DNA of 64,000 nucleotides from Octopus sinensis (Eukaryota): NCBI RefSeq assembly GCF_006345805.1, contig NC_043018.1, positions 13,702,001 to 13,766,000 of the forward strand, read 5' to 3'. Shown piece by piece: positions 55,540 to 64,000 of this stretch (position 1 is its first letter; each line of letters starts with the position of its first letter). The notes under the pieces were generated by a model. It saw only the letters and a program-made list of their open reading frames with translations, ran no database searches and was not told where the DNA came from. The position numbers and the translations under genes were made by a program.

Positions 55540-56088
55540 CGCTTCTACACAAGCATATACATACATACACATACAAACCCGTGCACCCCGCATACATACA
55601 TACATATATACATACTACATACATACATACATGCACAAACATACATACATACATACACAAACATACATACATACAAGCATACATACATACATACATACAA
55701 ACATACATACATACATACATACATACATACACACACACATACTTACATACATACATACATATATATATACATATATAATAATATATATACATACACATAC
55801 ATACATACACATACATACATACATACATGCACACATACATCCATACATACATACATACATACATCATACATACATACATACATACATACATACATACATA
55901 CATGCACACATACATACATACATACACATGCATACATACATACATACATACATACATACATGCACACATACATACATACATACATACATACATACATACA
56001 TGCATTCATAAATACATACATACATACATACATGCACACATACATACATACATACATATATACATACATACATACATACATACATACA

Positions 56089-56124
<36 letters not shown>

Positions 56125-56125
56125 G
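55540..56125. repeat. (TACA)n microsatellite, about 580 bp
   Basis: Direct inspection. Confidence 0.95.
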
Positions 56126-56235
56126 CATAGAATTGTGTAAGTGCTTCAACGTATTTGTGAGAAAATAATGACGTATTAAAACAGTTTGCACAATTTAAGA
56201 TAATATCAAATAAATATACATTTTATTATAGAGTG

Positions 56236-56287
<52 letters not shown>

Positions 56288-57439
56288 ATATATATTAAAT
56301 ATATATATATATATATATATAGGGGCTCTACACACACGCACATATATATATATGTACGTATGCATGCATGTATGTATGTGTGTGTGTGCGTGCGTGTGTG
56401 TATGTGTATGTGTGTTTGAAAATGGATAGATATATAGATATGGATATATGCACGCACATGCGCATTATATACATTCAACGAGAAATAATACAAAACTAAA
56501 ATTTTATTAAGAAAATAATATTTGAAGCTATTTCCTGTTAATAGAAATAAACCAACGCAACTGATTTTGATTTTTCTTTCCTATTTGTTTTGTTCCTTTT
56601 CTTTCTTTAACTTATTCCATTCTTTCTTTCCCCTTTTTTCCTTCTGTTTTCCCCTCTTCCATCTTTGTTAATTCTATTTTTCTTTCTTTTTTTTTTCAGC
56701 TTTTGTTTCTCATACTTTGGAATATTCGATGGCGTTATTATTGCAAAGAAAATGGCAGCCATAAAACATAACAGGCATTGGAAGTAAATATTATTTTTTT
56801 GTTAATGGCAATTGGAACAAGTTTTGAATATGAAATAGTTATGTTCAAAAGCTTGTCATCATTAATTATAATATTAATGGTTTCAAAATTTGGAACAAGG
56901 CCGGCAATTTCGGGGAGGTTTTAAGACGATTACATTAATCTCAGAGCTCAACTTCAACTTATTTTATCGACCCTGATAAAATTGCGAAATCTGCCTGATA
57001 GAAAAAGACTGTTTGTCGTTCCCAGCTGAGGAACGATTTTTACAATGGACTCACCCGTAGGATCCGTCCTACACGTGACAGTAAGGGTTCGACATAACTT
57101 CACAGTCAGCAATACTCGAGCGCAGGGTGAGTGTGCAGACCTCGGACTGACCAGGCTGAAGGCACTTTCATGCCTGTATAGCCAAACTCGAAGCCGCAGT
57201 GCCCTCCGGTTGCGCTACTAGGCCAAGGAACAGATTAAGCAGTTGATTTTCAACAATTCCCAGAATTTCGTCGAGAAGAATCCACAGCTACAATCCAGAT
57301 AACAAATGTCACCCGCGAAGAGAATTTCTGGAGACACATTCCACATTATTTTAGGACGTTCTACAAAATGCATTTCAAGAAGTAAATGTCCAACCAAAGT
57401 TCCATGCTGGGTGCACTGCCTTGGCGAATTTTGGCCGAA

Positions 57440-58140
57440 CTATTTGAACCCAGTACTTATTTTCTTTTTAAGCCTTGTACGTATTCTATCATCTTTTTGG
57501 CCGAACCGCTAATTTACGGGTACGTAAACACACCAACACCGGTCGACAAGCAGTGCGGGGTGGAGAAGAACAGACACAAAAACGCACACACACACATATA
57601 TACATGCGACAAGCTTTTTTCTGTTTCTGTCTACCAAATCGACTGACAAGGCTTTGGTAGGTCCGATGCTACAAAAGAAGACACCTTGCCCAAAGTGCCA
57701 CTCAGTGGGGTGGGACTGAACCCGGAACCGTGTAGTTGCGAAACAAACTTCTTCCCACGCAGCTACGCCTGCACCTTTGTTGTTGCCACTCCGTCGGTTA
57801 CGACGACGAGGGTTCCACTTAATCCGATTAACGGAACAGCCTGCTCGTGAAATTACCGAGCAAGTGGATGAGCGCTCCACAGACACGTGTACCCTTAACG
57901 TAGTTCTCGGGGGAGATTCAGCGTGACACAGAGTGTGACATGGCTGGCCCCTTTGAAATACAGGTACAACAGAAACAGGAAGAAAGAGTGAGAGAAAGTC
58001 GCCACCCCACCCCTGCCGGAGCTTCGTGAGCTTTAGGTGTTTTCGCTCATTAAACACTCACAACGCCCGGTCTGGGAATCGAAACCGCGATCCTACGACC
58101 GCGAGCCCGCTGCCCTAGCTACTGGGCCATTGCACCTCCA
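57440..58140 (-). mobile_element. Adjacent SINE family A (57440-57770) and family C (57775-58140) copies
   Basis: Matches to the other copies in the window. Confidence 0.7.
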
Positions 58141-58739
58141 CACGCCTGCACCTAAACATAATATATATCACAAAATTGCTGGTAACTTAGTACTTCTGCC
58201 TAGAGTAGAAAAGAAATTGCTTAGCGGTATTTCGTCTGCCGTTACGTTCTGAGCTCAAATTCCGTCGAGGTCGACTTAGCCTTTCATCTTTCCGGAGTCG
58301 ATAAATTAAGTACCAGTTGCGTGTTGGGGTCCATCTAATCGACTGGCTCCCCCCCTCAAAATTTCGGGCCTTGTGCCTAGAATAGAAAAGACTATTAGGG
58401 TAACGGAAAATGTGCAGAAGTAAGTCGAATGAATTATACCCGTAATTCAAAGGATCAGCCTTGTTTCACGCTGCGTCACGCTCATTCTACCTTATGATTA
58501 CGTTTAGAGTATACGTGTGTTTGTGGAATACTCGGCCATTTACACACTACTGCAATGAGCACGTAATTAAATTGATCCAAAAACCGAAATATCGATCGTC
58601 AAAATCAACGAAAAATCTATGGATGTTAACTTTTAGGCGCTGATACTTGTTTGCGTATTTATTTAGATTTGTGTTTGTGTGTTTGTGTATCTGTAATCAT
58701 TGCTGTTATCCTTATTGAGCTTTGATCTTGTTGCCATGG

Positions 58740-59340
58740 CAACAATAAACATTTTCAGTTTCAATTCATACGAAGTACTCAAACCTTTTCACCCCGCTTC
58801 ACCAGAAATCAACTTCTTCCGGAGACTACGCAAACGAAAAGACATCGTCATTAATCTTTCGAACGCGGAAAGCTGAAATATTGACTCAGGATTTCATTAT
58901 CGTTAACTGCAGAAAGCGGGTTTATCCAACGGCCTTGGAAAACGCCTCTTCTTATGTCGCGAGAAGTGGAGAAATCTCCAGTGACACTTTTTATAACCAT
59001 AACTTTTCAGATTTTCTTACTTTTTTCCGCATATTCCACCAAATATCTCCTTACAGAGTAACAATCAAATACTTTTAGTTGTGGATTTGAAAACCGTGTC
59101 CGCAGAAGATATTGAAAAAAGTATTGCAGAAGCAGAAAATAGCAATTCTGTAATTTGGTTGATAATTAACATCGTTGTAGAAATGATCATGGAATTTTAT
59201 TTCAGCAGTGAAAGAGTTAAACCGGCCGAAAAGAGCGGAGCCTTCGTAATCTGGGGAACCGATCTCTATAGACACGAAGCGCTCAGCGTGCACAAAAGCT
59301 TCCTCAGCTGGAGCAAGTTACCAAGCGATTTCACTAGCTA
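58740..59340 (-). mobile_element. Degraded LINE reverse-transcriptase fragment
   Basis: Minus-strand motifs in RT order across frameshifts: FRP, KVFDC..RRYL, DIRRGVFQG...PL, NDDVFSFA. Confidence 0.55.
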
Positions 59341-59570
59341 GTACCTATTTCTTTATTACCCACAAGGGGCTAAACACAGAGGGGACAAACAAGGGCAGAC
59401 ATAGGTATTAAGTGGATTACATCGACCCCAGTGCGGAACTGGTACTTAATTTATCGACCCCGAAAGGATGATAGGTAAAGTCGACCTCGGTGGAATTTGA
59501 ACTCAGAACGTAACGCAGACGAAATACCGCTAAGCATTTCGCCCGGCGTGCTAACGTTTCTGCCAGCTCG
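59340..59570 (-). mobile_element. SINE-like family B copy
   Basis: Reverse complement of the family B consensus. Confidence 0.75.
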
Positions 59571-60149
59571 AGTGTCCTCCACCGGGCATAAACTTGTCGC
59601 TTCCGGTTCGCTTCCATCGTCTGCCTTAAAACCACATCGCAGCTATCCTCTAAACTTCTTGTACCGACTTGCCTCCCTCTATACTTACTAAAAACAATTT
59701 ACAAACGGAATTAAGCCAGTCGCCTTCTGTCTTCACCTTTAACTATCTAATTAAACTTCAAAACTTCTTTCTGCGAGTTCCTAAGCAGAAGCCCATTGTA
59801 CGATGCTAAAACGAATCCCTCACCACCCCGGATATTCGTGATGTGGAATAATACCCCATATACAGATGCATATTGGATTAACGCCATACTTCGTTACGAC
59901 TCACTCTTTCTGTCTAGCTTTACATTTTACAGTCTTACCAAAGGCGATCCGATAAAATATCCCAATGATTTGAGTGTATTTGTACAAAGATTATTAAGAA
60001 TGTTGAATAAACAAACAGTTAATGGAAGCAAATCTCGGATATAAAGATTTCTTTTCCTTTTCGTAACGAGATGGAAGCAATGAATCTTCTCTTTCGAAAA
60101 AAGTGTATATGTATGTATGTATGTATGTATGTATATATGTATGTTAGGG

Positions 60150-60215
<66 letters not shown>

Positions 60216-60219
60216 TTTT

Positions 60220-60417
60220 ACTTATTTCAGTCATGGGACTATGGATCTGCTGGAGCACCGCCTTTAGTCGAACAAATCGACCCCAGGACTTATTCTTTGT
60301 ATGCCTAATACTTATTCTATCGGTCTCTTTTGCAGAATCGCTAAGTTACGGGGACGGAAACACACCAGCATCGGTTGTCAAGCGCTGCTGGGGTGACAAA
60401 CGCAGACACACAAACAT

Positions 60418-60468
<51 letters not shown>

Positions 60469-60860
60469 CATACACACATATATACGACAGGCTTCTTTCA
60501 GTTTCCATCTACCAAATCCACTCACAAGGCCTTGGTCGGCCCGAGACTATAGTAGAAGACACTTGCCCAAGGTGGTACTGAACCCGGAACCGTATGGTTG
60601 GTAAGCAAGCTCCTTACCACACAGCCACTCCTACGCCTACTTTTATTTAAGGCGGCGAGCTGGCACAATGGTTAGCACACCGAGCGAAATGCGTCGTGGT
60701 ACTTCGTCTGTCGTTACGTTCTCAGTTCAAATTTCGCGGAGGTCGACTTTGCCTTTCGTCCTTCCGGAGTCGATAAATTAAATACTGGCGAAACACTGGG
60801 TTCGATGTAACCGACTGGTCCCTTCTCCACCAAATATCAGGCTTTGTGCCTTTAATAGAA
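60220..60860. mobile_element. SINE family A (60220-60640, minus) back-to-back with family B (60650-60860, plus)
   Basis: Matches to the family consensus sequences. Confidence 0.75.
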
Positions 60861-60863
60861 TGG

Positions 60864-60897
<34 letters not shown>

Positions 60898-63519
60898 TAT
60901 TATTATTATCATTATCATTATTGCATGAGACAGCAGTGCAAGCCATCAAAGTGACACTGGGGTACAAATAGACGAAGCCCAACCTACCTACTCTGACTAC
61001 CCGTCTGATAAGGGTACACCAGGCGAATGCATCACAACCATATGTGCACAAGCTCATGATCTCATATCAAGATGGACAGCGCATGACCTTGCCGGTGGGG
61101 CCCAGTTGGAATTTTTTTCGGGCCGTGTAGCCCAGCTCGCTCAAAAATCCCCTGAATAAGACGTGTTAGTAACGCTACCGGTAAACAATGTTGACTGATA
61201 CTACGTGTGGCATTCTGAAGAGAAAAATAATTCTGTGTGGAAGAAAAAAATAATAATGATAAGTCCGTGTAATGGATTTTAGTCAGGTCGCTATGTGCTA
61301 GTAATACAACCGGTAAACAATGTAGACTGGTACTACCTACGTCATTCTGAAGAGAAAAATAATTCTGTGTGTGTAAGAAAAAGGAATGAAAAAAAAAGAA
61401 TAATGCTGTGTGAAAGAAGAAAAATCTGAAAGTGAGAAGTGGACTGTTCCACTTCTGATAAATAGTGGACAGACACAGAGAGCAGTACTTTGTGTCAGTG
61501 GGTGAGTGATGCCGTACGGGCCAGTCACGCAGACGACGAAGTTACGTCTTCATAACGCAGGACATATCAATGATGATGATGATGGCTTCTGATCTTAACT
61601 GATTGGAAGTGTTATCATGTACATGATTTGTCTTGGTGTAAAATATGGGCTACAGTAAATATTCTGGTCAATACCAAAGATTTGCTTGTCAGTTGTTTGA
61701 CCGTAACCAGTTGAGTATGCCCCTTAGTAGCAGACAATATGTGCATCTCTGATCACGAGCATAAGTATTGGGTGAGCCATGTATTGAGAGGAATTCTTTA
61801 GGGTCTGAATAATTCACATCTGGAAACATTAGATAATATCGTCTTAGCCATAAAAGATTGAATGACAATCGTTGAAATGCATTTAATGATAGGTGTATTC
61901 TATCGAAGTTGATTTGGAGGTTAAACATTGTTTAGCACACCGTCAGTTACGGCGACGAGGGTTGCAGTCGATCCGATCAACAGAACAACTTTCTCGTAAA
62001 ATTAACGTGTAAGTGGCTGAGTACTTCACAGACACGCGGATCCTTAACGTAGTTCTGAGAGAGAACTTATCAAACAGAATGTGACAAGGCTGGCCCTTTG
62101 AAATATAGGTACTATTCATTTTTTCCCACCCGAGTGAATTGGAGCAGCGTGAACTAAAGTGTATTGCTCAAGGACAGAACGCACCGTCGGGTATCGAAAT
62201 CACGACCTAACGATCGCGAGCCGAAAATACTAACAAAAGTAAGACACGCGTCTCGACAGGTTAAGCATTAACAAAAAAAAAAAAAAAAAAACAATTGACA
62301 GAGTTGATTCATTAAAGTTTAAACATCTTCCTACACAAACAGAAAATAAGTTGAATGAAATCACGGATTTATTGAGAAAAATGTATTTGATGCGGACAAG
62401 AATTACTTCGAAAATCGATTTAACTCACAACAATACAATGAGATCAATAATGTTATAGTAAAGATATATATAACTCCTCATCTTTATATTCTAAATTGCT
62501 TTAAAATATTAGATTAAGAGTTCATAACCAAATAGAATGTTGATTGAAATCATAAGTGTTGGCGAGTGAATCAGAGTTAAAACAGGGTGAAAAGTCAGTG
62601 GCTGAACCCGAGATTAAAAGAGGTATATTTCCAAAAAGCATCAGCAAATTCAATTTGTTAAAGTGTTGGTCGATCAATCCTATAATATACGTCCCGAAAG
62701 ATCAGAATCAAGAAAACAAGTGAAATAAAAGTAATGGAGAAAGGATCAAAGATGACCTCGAAGTTCAATCTGAAAGTGACGGGTTGACTTATTTAATAGG
62801 GAGAGATATTTAAGTTTGTTGCAGAATTACGAGATGAAACGGAATGAAATGAAATGCAATTCGGAGGAGTATTCAATGGAAAGAGCTTAGGTAAGAAAAT
62901 AATTGGAATAAACATCATTAAAGGATCAGCACCTGAGCAATATAATTAATGGTATATCTTGCAGCTTTTGCCCGTTGCGTGGAAACTAAACATAAAACGA
63001 AACAGGTTGTTTGCGCCTGCATAAGGGAGGAGGCACAGACCTAATATATATAACGTAAATAACGCCAACATTGTTGGAAAAATATAGGGATATTGATGTA
63101 TGTTTGGGAAAGTGATGTGGAGATTATGTTTAGCTATGAGAATCAATGCTTTGAAGGTGTGTGGCTTAGTGGTTAGGGTATTTGGCTCACGAGCGTAAGG
63201 TGACGAGTTCGATTCCCGGCGGTGTGTTCCTGTCCTCGTGCAAGACAATCTATTTTAACTTTCTCTAGTTCACTCAGGTGGCAAAAATTAGTAGTACCTG
63301 TATTTCGAAGGGCCAGCCTTGTTATATTCTGTGTCACGAAAAATCTACCCCATAATTACTCTGAAAGTACGTGTATCTGTGGAGTGCTCAGACACATGCA
63401 CAATAATTTCACGAGCAGGTTGTTCTTTGATCGGATCGACTGAAACCCTCGTCGTCGTAACCGACGGAGTGCCAGTAATAAAAACCACTTGTAGATACGC
63501 GATAGAAATGAAGGAGAGA

Positions 63520-64000
63520 TGGCGAGCTGGCAGCAACGTTGGCATGCCGGACGAAATGCTTAGCGGTATTTCGTCTGTCTTTACGTTCTGAGTTCAAATT
63601 CTGGCGAGGTCGACTTAGCATTTCATCCTTTCAGGGTCGATTAAATAAGTACCAGTTACGCACTGGGGTCGATATAATCGACTTAATCCGTTTGTCTGTC
63701 CTTGTTTGTCCTCTCTGTGTTTAGCCCCTTGTGGGCAGTAAAGAAATTGGTATTCCGTCTGTCTTTGTGTTCTGAGTTCAAATTCCGCCGAGGTCGACTT
63801 AACCTTTCATCCTTTCGGGGTCGATTAAATAATTACCAGTTACGCACTGGGGTCGATGTAATCGACTTAATCCCTTTGTCCGTCCTTGTTTGTCCCCTCT
63901 ATATTTACCCCCTTGTGGGCAGTAAAGAAATAGGTATTTCGTCTGCCGCTACGTTCTGAGTTCAAATTCCGCCGAGGTCGACTTAGCCTTTCATCCTTTC
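63520..64000 (+). mobile_element. Head-to-tail multimer of the family B repeat (184-bp period), running off the window end
   Basis: GGTATT(T/C)CGTCTG recurs at 63565, 63749 and 63933. Confidence 0.85.

Noticed and set aside
59081-59341. Plus-strand 86-aa ORF (DLKTVSAEDIEKSIAEAE...) as a host exon
   Set aside because: It lies antisense to decayed RT motifs on the minus strand and is better explained as LINE debris.
62340-62950. Possible RT remnant (EIKRGIF, DDL)
   Set aside because: Only two short motifs amid many stops, too degraded to call with support.

Overview
AT-rich, microsatellite- and retroposon-dense animal DNA, most consistent with an octopus (inferred from the repeat families, not verified). 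The main gene content is a cluster of four paralogous small-peptide genes, each with an 8-Cys agatoxin-like inhibitor-cystine-knot (ICK) framework C-C-CC-CxC-CxC in a phase-2 terminal exon behind the same acceptor (TTCTGTATTTACAG): K1 163-382 (+), K2 10929-11148 (-), K3 28764-28974 (+; missing from the ORF track) and K4 40145-40328 (+). K4 splices into an intact 124-aa prepropeptide (signal peptide, acidic pro-region, KR site formed across an exon junction, knottin, C-terminal Gly). K1-K3 instead end in a hydrophobic, GPI-signal-like tail. K2 and K3 lie head-to-head in a ~6 kb inverted duplication; every codon that differs between their knot regions changes the amino acid, while all Cys codons are identical. 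The rest is transposon debris: two Penelope-like elements with hammerhead ribozyme motifs, Tx1/L1-like pieces inserted in (ATCT)n, back-to-back R4/Dong-like ends, RTE-like and other RT fragments, several SINE-like families, foldback elements, two minisatellites and many microsatellites. All gene models are manual predictions, and repeat boundaries are approximate.
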